Source: Nymphaea colorata (taxonomy: Eukaryota). Taken from it: a stretch of 64,000 bases of DNA. The first letter of the stretch is position 1; the number at the start of each line of letters is the position of its first letter. The DNA is taken from contig NC_045138.2 of assembly GCF_008831285.2 (NCBI RefSeq), positions 5,952,001 through 6,016,000 of the forward strand. Reading direction: 5' to 3'. A program made the position numbers and the translations under genes. The notes beneath the pieces are model-generated. The model ran no database searches and had not been told where the DNA came from. It was given only the letters and a program-made list of their open reading frames with translations. Shown in pieces: positions 24,799-37,520 of this stretch.

Positions 24799-25609
24799 TT
24801 AAATTAAATTGAGGGAGGCACTCTGTACCGCTGACAAGACAATAGTGTGGTATTGGAGCTAATTCAATTAAATGGACCCACTCGCTCAACTTGGTTTTTA
24901 CGAGGGAAGGGCTCAAGTCTAAAGGTCAACTGTAATCGTCGGCAGCCTGGTTATCTTCATTCCTGCTTTGACCTTTTTTTTCCTTCCTTTTTTTTGGGGT
25001 TCAATGAATTTCATCTTCATGAAAAAAACTTAAAATTATGTAATCATTATTCCATCTCTTAGGATAGAATCACAATTCCAAAATTCTAATTCAAAAATTT
25101 GTTTGTTGGATAACATAGTTCTCATGTCATCGAAAATGAAGAATTGAGTTTTAAATTCCACAATTTTGGTCTCATCAAACACCCTCAAGCTTCGGTGGGG
25201 ACGTACAAATAGATGTGCAGTTCTCAAAATTAAATTACTTGCCATTTGGTTTCTTACTAATTAAGTCGACTAGTTCAACATCAAGTGTTTAAAGGCCATT
25301 TTCAAAAATGAATGTTGTTGAAACTTACTTGTATTGTGAAAGGATTGATAAATGAATGAATGGTATTTTTAGTAAGGTACATTGAGAAAAGAATACTTTA
25401 CACTATCAGCGATGAAGGGATTATCATTTGCTTTGAGAACACGAAAAGTAGACAATATTGATTAGCGAAATTTATATTATAATAGTTTAATTTACGCAAG
25501 TCATGTCTCGGTTATCAGTTTCCTCAATTACAATTACATTTACATTTACAAAATGACTGTAGAGAATCGACAAAAGATAGGAATGGGCATCGGTCCAGGT
25601 GATAGGTGA
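23437..25609. repeat. Fold-back 1: ~800-bp imperfect inverted arms (23437-24237 / 24822-25609), ~585-bp spacer containing (TA)n
   Basis: Colinear reverse-complement blocks along the whole arm, e.g. GAATTGTGATTCTATCCTAAGAGATGGA / TCCATCTCTTAGGATAGAATCACAATTC and CAATATTGTCTACTTTTCGTGTTC / GAACACGAAAAGTAGACAATATTG. Confidence 0.9.
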
Positions 25610-25987
25610 TAGTTAATTGGCCTGGCTTACTATTTGGATCTAGTTCATATCCAAATCCAAGTGACTGACCCTTTTCAGGCCCAAGGATCTAGACATCATG
25701 GTAATTTCCAAAACCATTAATTTTCAGTTGAAAATCCTCCAAAATACCCTTAAATGTTCCCAAGATATTGTTGAATTTCCCAAATGCACTTGATTTTGTC
25801 AAAATACCTTTTATTTTTCCAAAAAACCTCATTTTTGTGAAAAAAACCCAAAATGCAAACTGCTTCATTTCTATGCATTTTATAGAATTTGTAGTTTGTG
25901 TCTACCCCATCTGGCCCATCCTCTTCTTCTTTATAAGAGGCCCTTAGGCCCACTCATAAACACACCTTTTTCTCTATGTGGCCCACT

Positions 25988-26289
25988 ATTATAAAGATGC
26001 ACTTTCACGAGATTGGAGAGAAGCATCTTGCTATAGGAGGGGAACAGAAGCAGGAATTTGAATCTAGCTAATCTAGATGATAGAAATTGAAGGGACTGAG
26101 AAACCAGTTGCATCTACTCTTTACCACTGTCTAAATTAGGCGGACCCACTCTTACAACTTGATCTTTTTGAGAGGAAGGTGGCCAAAGACTACAAGTCCA
26201 TGGTAATTGTCGGCAGTCTGCTCTTTATCATTAGCTGGTGGAGCTAATTGTCAATGGTAATTGTGGCAGCGTACTTTTTATATTGAGCA
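25988..26289 (+). promoter_or_regulatory. Second copy of NLR upstream region, abutting copia gag
   Basis: Near-identical to 16977-17310 up to TATTGAGCA, then switches to gag. Confidence 0.85.
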
Positions 26290-29200
26290 ACTTAGAGAGG
26301 GAAAACCAGAGCATTTGAATGAAGTGCAGAGCATAATCAATCAGTTGTCAGTCATGAAAATGATATTAGATGATGAGTTACAGGCTCTCTTGTTGCTTAG
26401 CTCTCTTCCCGACACTTGGGAGACTTTAGTTGTTTCTTTGAGCAACTCCACTCCAGATGGTGTGCTTACGATGAAGCATGTAACCAGCAGCATTCTAAAT
26501 GAAGAAATAAGGAGAAAGTCTCTTGGTACTGGTAGCTTGCAAGTGCTAGTGATGGGAGACAGGGGCAGACAGAAGAATCGTAACAAATGGCATGACATGT
26601 CAAACTCTAGGTCCAAATCAAGACCCAAGATGACAAGTAAATGCTTTCATTGTAGTATTTCAGGACACAAGAAGATTAATTGTAGGAAATTGAAAGAAGA
26701 AAAAGAGCAGAAAAAGATGATTCAAGAGAATGTGAAGCCAAAAGAGTACACTGCAGTTGCTTCAGATGATGAGGTAGTGTTATTTTTATCTGAAAAAAAT
26801 GATTGTCTTACAGTTCAGAATGGTGATTCTACATAGATTTTAGATACAGGGGCATCATATCATGCCACACCATGTAGAGAGTTATTCTTATCCTATAGAG
26901 CAGGTGATTTTGGAATAGTTCACATGGGCAACAGTGACACTTCGAAGATTGTTGGAATAGGAGATGTTTGCATTCAGACGAGCACATGATGCAAGTTGAC
27001 TTTGAGAGATGTGAGACATGTTCCAGACTTAAGAATGAATTTGATTTCTGCAGGAAGACTAAGTGAAGATGGATATTGTACTTCGTTTAGTCAAACAGGT
27101 TGGAAATTTACCAAGGGGGCACTAGTGTTGGCTAGAGGTGACAGATTTGGCTCTTTGTATGGGATGAAGTCTCGAATCAGTAGTGTGGATGTCAATGCAG
27201 TTACTGGTGGTACTTCGTCAGAATTGTGGCATAAGAGGTTAGGTCACATGAGTCAAAGAGGAATCGACTTGCTCACCAAGAAGAATTTGTTACCAAAGGT
27301 AGATGGTGCACAGATATCTCCATGTGATCATTGTTTGGTTGGTAAGTTGCATCGAGTTTCCTTTCAGAAAAAGCGCTCTTCAAAAACTAAACATGTTTTA
27401 GATTTAGTTTATTCAGATATATGTGGACCTATAAATGTGACATCTAAAAGTGGAGCATCATATTTTGTTACATTTATTGATGATGCATCTAGGAAGGTGT
27501 GGGCTTTTACAATGAAAAGCAAAAGTGAAGTAAGTAGTATCTTCATGACTTTTCATGCAGCGGTTGAGCGCGAGACTGGTAAGAAGATGAAGAGACTGCG
27601 TACAGATAATGGTGGTGAGTACATAGCATCTTCTTTACGAGATTATTGTTTAAAGCATGGTATTAAAAATGAAAAGACAGTTCCTTATACTCCATAGCAT
27701 AATGGAGCTGCAGAAAGGATGAATAGAACAATAATCGAGAGAGTTAGAAGTTTGTTATCTAGCTCTAAATTGCCTAAGTATTTTTGGGCAGAGGCAATAC
27801 CTACTGCAGTTTATTTAATAAACAAGTCTCCTTCAGTGCCTCTAGATGGAGACATTCCACAAGGAGTTTGGTCAGATGAAGAGGTTAAGTATGATCACCT
27901 CAGAGTTTTTGATTGCAAAGCATTTATGCATGTACTTAAAGAACATAGGACCAAACTAGATGATAAAGTTATTCCTCTAATATTTTTGGGTTATGCAGAT
28001 GATGAATTTGGTTACAGGTTATGGGATCCAAAGAATGACAAAATCTACAGGAGTCGTGATGTTGTCTTCAGAGAGGATCAGACTATTGAAGATGTCATGG
28101 GAGACACGAAGTCAGGTGTGAATGCTAGTGGTGTTCATGAGCCAACCTATGCAGAACCTGAAGAACTTTCATCTGAGCATGGTGAGACTGATGAAGATGT
28201 AGAGGAAGAGGAAAGAGAGACAGATGAGCAGTATACAGATGGCAGTCCTATGGAGACTCAAACTGATTATGAGCATGAGTTGGAGGGAGAGCTTCCTTCG
28301 CATTCAGAACCAATTGAAGAGCAATTGGGTAGAGGTAAAAGAACACGTATATCATCTACTAGATATTCTACTGATGAATATATTATGTTTACAGATAGTG
28401 GAGAGCTAGAATACTATGCAGAGGTGCTAGATGATGTGCATAAAGATAAATGGATTAAAGCTATGAAGGATGAGATGATTTCTTTATACAAGAATCACAC
28501 TTTTGATTTGGTAGAGCTACCAAAAGGTAAGAAAGTGTTGCAGAACAAGTGGGTCTACAAGCTTAAAAATGAAGGTCAATGCAAGTTGAGATACAAAACT
28601 CGGTTAGTGGTGAAAGGTTTCAAGCAGGAAAGAGGTATTGATTTTGATGAAATTTTTTCTCCTGTTGTTAAAATGTCATCTATCAGGGTAATACTTGGTT
28701 TGGTGGCTTATCTAGACTTGGAGTTGGATCAGTTAGATGTAAAAACTGTTTTTCTTCATGGAGATCTAGAGGAAGAAATCTACATGACACAACCAGAAGG
28801 TTTTGTAGTTACCAGGAAGAAACACATGGTTTGTAAGTTGAAGAAGAGCTTGTATGGACTTAAACAAGCACTTAGACAGTGGTACAAGAAATTTGATGCA
28901 TTTATGATAAATCAAAAGTATCGCAGGTCAGTCATAGATCATTGTGTCTACATCAGAGAGTTCTCATCAGATAGCTTCATTATCTTGTTGTTATATGTAG
29001 ATGACATGCTTATTGTTGGACAGGATTGTCAATTGATTAGCCAATTGAAGATCGATATGAGCAAGTTCTTTGATATGAAAGACTTGGGACCAGCACAACA
29101 ATTGTTAGGCATGAGGATTGTTCGTGATAGGAAGACCAAGAAGTTGTGGTTATCACAAGAGAAATACATTGAGAAGGTACTTAGCAAGTTCAACATGAAA

Positions 29201-30690
29201 GATGCCAAAACTGCAAGTACACCTTTAGCAGCACATTTTAAATTGGAAAATGAACAATGTCCTTCTTCAGCAGATGAGAAAGAAAGAATGGAGAATGTTC
29301 CATATGCCTCCGCAGTAGGGAGTCTCATGTATGCTATGGTTTGCACACGCCCAGACTTGGCTTATGCAGTTGGTGTAGTTAGCAGGTTGTTGTCAAATCC
29401 AGGCAATGAGCATTGGGCAGCAGTGAAGTGGATCCTAAGGTATCTGAAAAGTACTTCCACTTACTGTTTATGTTTTGGTGAATCTAATCCAGAGGTACAA
29501 GGATTTGTTGATGCAGACATGGCAGGTGATTTGAACTCTAGGAAGTCTCTTTCTTGTTATGCTTTTACTTTTGCAGGGGAGCTGTATCATGGCAGTCCAG
29601 GTTGCAAAAGTGTGTTGCTCTTTCCACTACAGAGGCAGAATATATTGCAGCAACTGAAGCTTGTAAAGAATTGTTGTGGATGAAGAGTTTTCTTCATGAT
29701 ATAGGCCTTAGTCATAAAACTTATGTGTTGCATTGTGATAGCCAAAGCGCTATACACTTGGCCAAGAATTTAACGTTCCACTCAAGGACTAAGCACATTG
29801 ATGTCAGGTATCATTGGATTCGTGATATGCTTGAGCAGAAACTGATTCAATTAGAAAAGATACAGACAGAGAAGAATCATGCAGATATGATGACGAAGTC
29901 TCTACCTAAAAAAAAGCATGACATGTGTAGAGACTTAGTTGAGATGACTGTCTTTAAGACAGTGTATTAATTTTTGTTCATTTTGCAGGCATGATCCCTC
30001 TCTTGAGGCTAGAGGGGGAGTTTGTTGGGTCAAGTCCAGCTTCAAAAGAGGACCCGACCCGGCCCGTCACTGCGGGTGAAGGAGAGGGCACCCGATGGTG
30101 CCCCTCCCTCTTACGACGCCTCACACATCTCTCTCTCTCGTTAATTCATTTGGGAAAAAGAAGAGGGTTTCCTCTTGTGGCTGCTCACATCAAGAGGAGA
30201 GGAAGAAGAGGAAGGCAAGAAAGAGAAGAGGAGAAGCAAGGTGCGTGGGTCGATTGGCACGCCAAGAAGAAAGAGGAAAGACAAAGAAGAAAGAGAAAAT
30301 GAAGGGAGTCTTCATTGGGTGATTTCTTTCATGAATCTTTGAGGCTCTTTCTTTCATTCGCATAAGAGATTGTTATTGCTTTCTTGAGTTCATTGTTTTT
30401 CTTAAAACAGTAGAGATATTGTTGCTCGTGTATTTGGCTCCCTTTCTTGATATATAGAAAGTCTCTCTTGTCCGTGGTTTTTTGCCCCATTATTGAGGGT
30501 TTTTCTATGTAAATTGGTGTCTTTTTTTTCTGCATTATTTAGCATATATTTTGACGTATATTGCTGCAATAGTGGTGTTGGAAACTCGTTCTTTTGCTTG
30601 CTGCCCTGAGATTCCGTTTTTAGTAGTTTTGTGGTGGTTTGCCCTCTTTTATTGTTGTTGAGCATTCTTTTGGAGGACACGACTATAACA
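26290..30690 (+). mobile_element. Tnt1-like Ty1/copia element, 5'-truncated, with PPT and 3' LTR
   Basis: gag ALLLLSSLPDTW, CFHC..GH..C knuckle, LDTGASYH, LWHKRLGHMS, LRTDNGGEY, LLLYVDDML, ALSTTEAEYIA. Several stops and a frameshift. Confidence 0.96.
30023..30690 (+). repeat. 3' LTR (668 bp)
   Basis: PPT AGAGGGGGAG (30011-30020), TGTT..AACA termini, LRR sequence begins at 30691. Confidence 0.88.
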
Positions 30691-31341
30691 GTGGGATGTA
30701 ATATGCTGAAGACTCTTGCTAATATGCCGGCCTTGGAGTCGTTGGATGTGAGATTTTGTGGCAGCCTAGAACAAGTAGCTGAGATGCCTGCTCTCAAGTC
30801 ATTGAGTGCGTACACATGTAATATGTTGATGACTCTTGCTAATATGCCAACCTTGGAGTCGTCGGAGGTGACAGATTGTGACAGCCTAGAGCAGGTAGCT
30901 GAGATGCCTGCACTTAAGTCACTGAGGGTGGATCGATGTAATATGTTGAAGACTCTTGCTAATATGCTGGCCTTGGAGTCATTGGAGGTGGTCAGATGTA
31001 ATATGCTGAAGACTCTTGCTAATATGCCAGCCTTGGAGTCGTTGGATGTGAGATTTTGTGGCAGCCTAGAACAAATAGCTGAGATGCCTGCTCTCAAGTC
31101 ATGGAGTGCGTACACATGTAATATGTTGATGACTCTTGCTAATATGCCAACCTTGGAGTCGTCGGAGGTGACAGATTGTGGCAGCCTAGAGCAGGTAGCT
31201 GAGATGCCTGCACTTAAGTCACTGAGGGTGGACCGATGTAATATGCTGAAGACTCTTGCTAATATGCCGGCCTTGGAGTCATTGGAGGTAGTCGGATGTA
31301 ATATGTTGAAGACTCTTGCTAATATGCCGGCCTTGGAGTCC
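30691..31341 (+). pseudogene. Orphan NLR LRR tail: 20-aa repeats organised as a 300-bp higher-order repeat
   Basis: CNMLKTLANMPALESL / CGSLEQVAEMPALKSL units like the NLR1 C-terminus; 30697-30996 nearly equals 30997-31296. Confidence 0.92.
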
Positions 31342-31569
31342 GTTGTAGATTCTATGGTAGAAGCTCGCGTGGGAATGGCAACTTTCGCATGAAAGATGGT
31401 AAAAAGAACGAAAGTTCGTGCTAGAGTTTATCAAACTTTTCATCGCTCTGCTCGAATTGAACATGATGTAATGACTGTCAAGCAAGGTTTGTGTAGGGTA
31501 GGACCGCAACAGCCCTTTTCCCCCTTTGATGTGCAAGTGCCTTAGTCACTCTTGCCTAGATAGAGATCG

Positions 31570-31738
31570 CCTGGCCCATCAATGAAATCAATCACATCTT
31601 GATTCTCTATAAGTCCAAGAATTTGTGTTTTCCACAACAAGAAGTTCTTGTGTGAAAGTTTAATAGAAACAAAGTTGGCCACATTCACAATGGAGGGATA
31701 TGGATACTTAGCTGTTGAAGATTTGATGATGTCGCCAT
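31570..31738 (-). mobile_element. Copia gag N-terminal fragment
   Basis: Manual translation KYPYPSIVNVANFVSIKLSHKNFLLWKTQILGLIENQDVIDFIDG (not in ORF track). Confidence 0.8.
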
Positions 31739-31759
31739 GGTACGAGAGAACAAAAAATT

Positions 31760-32727
31760 GCTATGTTATCCAACAAAAAATTTTAATTCCAGAATTATAT
31801 GCTCATCCTCAAATTAGAATTTTGGAATTGTGATTCTATCCTAAGAGATGGAATTATGATTTCATAATTTTAGATTTTTTTCATGAATATGAAATTCATT
31901 GAAATAGGCTCCAAGAAAATGGAAGGAAAAAAAAAAAAAAAACAAAGCGAATAAAGAATAAAGACTTGCCGAAAATTACAGTTGACTTGTAGACTTGGGC
32001 CCTCTCATAAAAATCAAACTGAGCGAGTGGGTCCGTTTAATTTAGTTAGCTCCAATACCACATTATTGTCTTGTTATTGGTACAGAGTGCCTCCCTTTAT
32101 TTAATTTAGAAAACAGGAGAACTGAAGATAAGCTCGATTAATAAAGAACTGAAGATAAGCTCGATTCCAACACTAAAGCCCCTCTCATCCTGTCAATCAA
32201 TTCGTATGATATGATCACATATTCAATTAAGGGATATTCCTTGATGGTCGTCGAGACTTTAAGAAGAGTGAGTTTAGAACTCATTCACAATGGCCTGCTT
32301 TTAATGGTAGACTTGAATTTATGAATTGGAATTATCATCTATGACTCGCTATCGTCTAAGAGCAGGCCACTGTGAATGAGTTCTAACTCACTCTTCTTAA
32401 AGTCTCGATTATCATGGAATATCCCTTAATTGCGTATGTGATCATTTCATACGAATTGATTAACAGGATGAGGGGACTTTAGTCTTGGAATCGAGCTTAA
32501 ATTAAATTGAGGGAGGAGAGGCCTAAGTGTAAAGGTCAACTGTAATTGTCGGCAGCCTCTTGCTTTGACCTTTTCTTTGCTTCCATTTTTTTGGGGTCTG
32601 TTTCAATGAATTTCATCTTCATGGAAAAAAAACTTAAAATTATGGAATCATAATTCCATCTCTTAGGATAGAATCACAATTCCAAAATTCTAATTCAAAA
32701 ATTTGTTTGTTGGATACCATAGTTCTC
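31760..32727. repeat. Fold-back 2 (~970 bp) with tight inner hairpin (32156-32303 / 32357-32499)
   Basis: Inner ~145-bp arms strongly complementary with a ~53-nt loop; outer arms homologous to fold-back 1 arms. Confidence 0.9.
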
Positions 32728-32839
32728 TTGTCATCGAAAATGAAAAATTGAGTTTTAAATTCCACAATTTTGGTGTCATAAAACACCCTCAAGCTTCACT
32801 GGGGACGTACAAATAGATGTGCAGTTCTCAAAATTAAAT

Positions 32840-34566
32840 TATTTGCCATTTGGTTTCTTACTAATTAAGTTGACTAGTTCAACATCAAGTGTTCAAAGGC
32901 CATTTTCAAAAATAAATGTTGTTGAAACTTACTTCTATTGTGAAAGGATTGATAAATGAATGAATGGTATTTTTAGTAAGGTACATTGAGAAAAGAATAC
33001 TTTACACAAGTTTAATTTACACAAGTCATGTCTAGGTTATAAGTTTCCTCAATTACAATTACATTTACATTTACAAAATGACTGTAGAGAATCGACAAAA
33101 GATAGGAATGGGCATCGCTCCAGGTGATAGGTGATATAGGTGATAGTTAATTGGCCTGGCTTACTATTTGGATCTAGTTCATATCCAAATCCAAGTCACA
33201 GACCCTTTTCAGGCCCAATGATCGAGACATCATGGTAATTTCCAAACCATTAATTTTCAGTTGAAAATAGTCAAAATTACCCTTAAACGTTCCCAAGATA
33301 TTGTTGAATTTCCAAATGCTCTTGATTTTGTCAAAATATCTTTTATTTTCCAAAAAGCCTCATTTTTGTGAAAAAAAATCCCAAAATGCAAACTGCTTCA
33401 TTTCTATGCATTTAATAGAATTTGTATTTTGTGTCTACTCCTTCCTACTTGCCTTAAAATGTTCCTAATAGTCCCACTCATACACACCTTTATCAATCTA
33501 GAAGCAAGAAGCGAAGCATAAAGGAAGAGAGACAGACATACACATCATGCTTGCTTGCAGATTCAAGTTTGTTGGAGCCTGACTTGTTCTGTACCAACAG
33601 TCTGGACGTGATCCACTGCAACTTACAGAGATCATAGACTTCTTTCTATTGGGGTGAGTCTAAGCATTTTATCTTTTCCTGTTTCTATTATAAGACTTGG
33701 TGTTCATTATATTTTTGTACGCTCTCTTTTTTGCTCTTGTTGCTGTTAATTTGTCTTTCCTTGTGATTTTTTTTCTATTTCATAATCTAAGATTTAAGAA
33801 CTGTTTCATGATCTGCCTTGGTCATGTCCGCGCAACAGGTCCACTGTTAACTGTATCTCTTTTCTTCTTTTGCTCCATTTTAGAGACAAATAATAAGGCC
33901 CCTCAACCAAACTATACACATACATTAGAGTAGCTAAGGTCTATACCACGAATATGCATCCATTACCTATTGAGATGATCCATCAAAGCCTGATCACCAC
34001 ATTGGCAAGATGCAATGGTCAAGAAATATTAAGCTCTCCTTCCTAACCGAGCCTGGGCTTTTGTGTTGTGTCCACATAATCAAAATGTGGTTGGCTGACT
34101 TTTCAATATGAAGTGCAAGGCAAATGGATCCCTTGAACAATACAAGGCTCGCCTTGTACCAAAATGATACACTCAAGGACTGCTACATCTAGACATTTGG
34201 TCTCATAGTGAAGCCCACAACCATGAGACTGGGACAGAGAGAGAAAGAGATTGATTAATAAGAGAAACAAAAAAGATTTTAAGAAGGAAATTGACGAGGG
34301 AGAGAGATTGACAAAAGGGAGATTTTTAGACAAATTGAAGTGATAGTAGAAAAGATTAGCAAAAGAGATAGAAAGAAACATTTTAAGTGCAAAATCGAAG
34401 AGAGAGAGAAGGAGGGAGAGGTTGAGAGAAAGGGAGATCGCAAAGAAAGAGAGAGAAATTAGTAAAAGAGTGGGGAAAATATATTTTAAGAGATAAATCA
34501 AAAAGCGAGAGAGAGAAACAGACAAAGAGAGCAGTCAGAGCGATTTAAAAGTTCAAACTAAATCAA

Positions 34567-34628
<62 letters not shown>

Positions 34629-36030
34629 CTAAAAGAAAGAGAAAAACAGATTTGCTTTAATAATCAGATCTCTTGATTTTTAATAGAAATTAAGATTACA
34701 AGTTTAAAAAATAATTTTAGAAATTTACATACTTGATCATTTTTTATGCATGCAGAAGAGGAACTTGGGCTCAATAAATAGTATTGGGTAAGTGTTCTAA
34801 GCCTCCTTAGGGGTTTATTTTGAAGCACTTTTGAAACCTATGTAAAGTTAATAATATACACAACGTGGAAAGATGTTTTTGTATGTATGTATCAATATTA
34901 AAGCAAATATATCGTTTAACCTTAGGGGTTATGAGAATACCCTCTCCCATCATCAAGTATGAGAGGAAGCTTAAACTATGAGGAAGAATTGTCACTATAA
35001 AAGACGTTAACAAAAGTAGCTCTTCTCATACAATTCTTGTGCTCCATTCCTATCAAGAATGTGATTCTAAAGTGAAATCACTCTTTTGATCAAACTACAA
35101 ATAGGGATGTTTAATAGATGGTTATCAAGAAAATCAGGATTAAGAGCGGTTAAAGAAACACTTTAAAACTACGAGAGAAAAATAGAGATTTTAAAAGACA
35201 AATCGGCAAGAGGGAGAGAGGGGGAGAGAGATGTTAATAAAAAGGAGAAAAAGAGACTTTACGAGGGAAATCAAAGAGAGAGAGAGAGAAGAACGAAGAA
35301 GAGAGATGGTGTGGAAGAGAAAGAAAGAAATTAATTAAAGAGAAAGAAAGAAAAAAAGTTTTTTAGTAAAAAACGTAGAGAGAGAGAGATGAAGAGAGAG
35401 AAACCTAAGAAAGAGAGAGAAAAAGATTAATAGAAAGAGAGAAAAGGGGATTTTAAGAAAGAAATTAAAGAGAAAATGATTAACAAAAGAGGGAGAGAGA
35501 GAATGAATTTTATGGAGAAGTCAAAAAGTGAGAGAAAGAGAAAAAAATTGAAGAGAGAAAAGCGTAAGCTTAATAAAAGAGAGAGAAAAAGTGCTTTTAG
35601 AAAAAAAAAATCGATGAGTAGAGAGTTTTAAAAGAGAGAGAGTGAGTGAGATTAATAAAAGAGAAAGAAGATATTTTAAGACGTTAATGAAAGAGAGGCA
35701 GATAAATAAAAGAGAGAAAAAAAGATTTTGATTTAGAAATAGAAAAAAAAAGGAGAGGGGGGAAAGGGAGAGAGCTATTAATAAGTGAGAAAAGAAAAGG
35801 TTGTAAGAGAGTAATTGAAGAGAGAGAAATAGATTTAAAAAAAGCCATAAATAGAGGGAAAAAGTGATTAATAAGAGAAAGAGAAAGAGATAGTTGCTGG
35901 TGTAAAGGTAGAATTTTTGATATTCTAGATTGTATCAAATATTTATTAAGATAATTATGCAAAAAATATTGTAGCAAATTTTATTTTGAATTATAATTTG
36001 CAGTGTGTATATATATATATATATATATAT
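32840..36030 (+). repeat. Segmental duplicate: 32840-33890 matches 9400-10555; 33920-36030 matches 14890-16920
   Basis: Long colinear matches including the exon-like block, copia RT remnant and purine-rich element. Confidence 0.85.
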
Positions 36031-36399
36031 TCAACTCTCTACTGGGTTGTAGGTTTCTCCCACTCGCATGGACTTAGGACTGTGTTCTACGCTAGTTGAG
36101 AAATCCACTGTTTTGTATTTCAAATCTATGAACCCATTGAAATGTCATGGATCTGAAATGAAAGGTGTATTGTAAGATAGCTAACAATTAAGAGTCTTTC
36201 TACGAACCTTTACTAAAAACACCATCAGTCATTTCAAAAAGTAATAACTTGAAAATAAATTTGATCTGAATCTCTATCTGAATCCGATTGAAGATTTATG
36301 TATAGTTGAATTTGATCAGATGTCATTTCTTAAAGCTGAATCTGATCTGATTTCTTAATTAGATTGGATAAGCGATTCAAATAAGATATATTGACATCC

Positions 36400-36792
36400 A
36401 TAAGTGATTATTTGATGAAGCCAGAATTGTGGATTTCTAGAATCAAAATTCTCATTTTTTGCTGAAATGAGATTGCATTATCAATCGAAGAATATTGATT
36501 CTCGAATTATTGGTTGATTGTTGAATCAAAATTCTAGAATTCCAAAATTTTATAATTTTTTTCATGTTTCTTTAAGGCACGTGCATGTTATGAAGGTTGT
36601 AATTCGTCAATTATAGAATTTGAATTTTTGTTTGATCAAACATGGAATTTTAAATTTTGAAACCAGAATATCAGATTATTAAATACAAAGGAAAACTAGA
36701 AATGGAATTTTCATTTTAATTATAGTTGGAGGTATAATTTAGTTTTTACAATTTTAATTATAGAATCAAAATTCAAGGCCATCAAATGCCCT
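36400..36792. mobile_element. Tourist/PIF-like MITE; family members at ~51423-51825 and ~57695-58113
   Basis: ~400-bp AT-rich non-coding copies sharing the end TTCAAGGCCATCAAATGCCC and internal GAATTTTGATTCT motifs. Superfamily assignment is inference. Confidence 0.6.
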
Positions 36793-36859
36793 CTCTAAAA
36801 GAACCATGATTCATCACTAAGACCACCATAAACAGTCGCCACACAATAAACCATGGCTA

Positions 36860-37520
36860 CTACCAATCTTGCACATCGAATGGCAAAAAACTTTTACCCC
36901 ATCCTTCTTTTTGAACATCGGAATACAATAAAGGATGACTTCTGATTATTAATACATTGCCCTACACTGCTTGCAAACTTTGTTAACACTTTTCTAGTAA
37001 AACAAACATATCTTGGCTCAGCTACTAACAATTATCATGTCATCAGCAAAAAATATACTTGGAGATTCAAAACAATTATCACCTGCCAAAGAAGGAATCA
37101 TAATATTCTTTCTCCGAATTTCTCTTCTAAGACATCTTGAGAATATCTCCTATTAATAGCTAAGACATCTTGAGAATATTTTTAGTAGAACAAACATATC
37201 TTGGCTCAGCTACTACATGCAATGAAAAGCAGCTGAGAACCCCTTGACATAATCCCTTCTTACTACCAAAAATCTTTCCCTCTCTCGTATTAATAAACAT
37301 TGCACAAAGATTCACTTCACTTAGTTTAAAAGACCATATTCTTGAAATGATTGATCACCCCTCACATGCATTAATGGCAATAAGAACCTAAGAATTTGTA
37401 AAGAGGCTGTTAGAGTTTGTTGGCACATAAGGAAATGAATGAGAAAGAGGGAAAATTGACATCACTTTAGATCAATGTTATGAGATTGTTATTGCATACA
37501 TACTATTGGGTCTATTCGGT
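36860..37520 (-). mobile_element. L1-type LINE reverse-transcriptase relic
   Basis: Manual - strand translation: FGSKKGLCQG (cf. RGLRQGDPLS), PSIFFADDMIIV, KFASSVGQCINNQKS. Confidence 0.75.

Noticed and set aside
30402..31115. 237-aa minus-strand repetitive ORF
   Set aside because: Antisense shadow of the LRR array.
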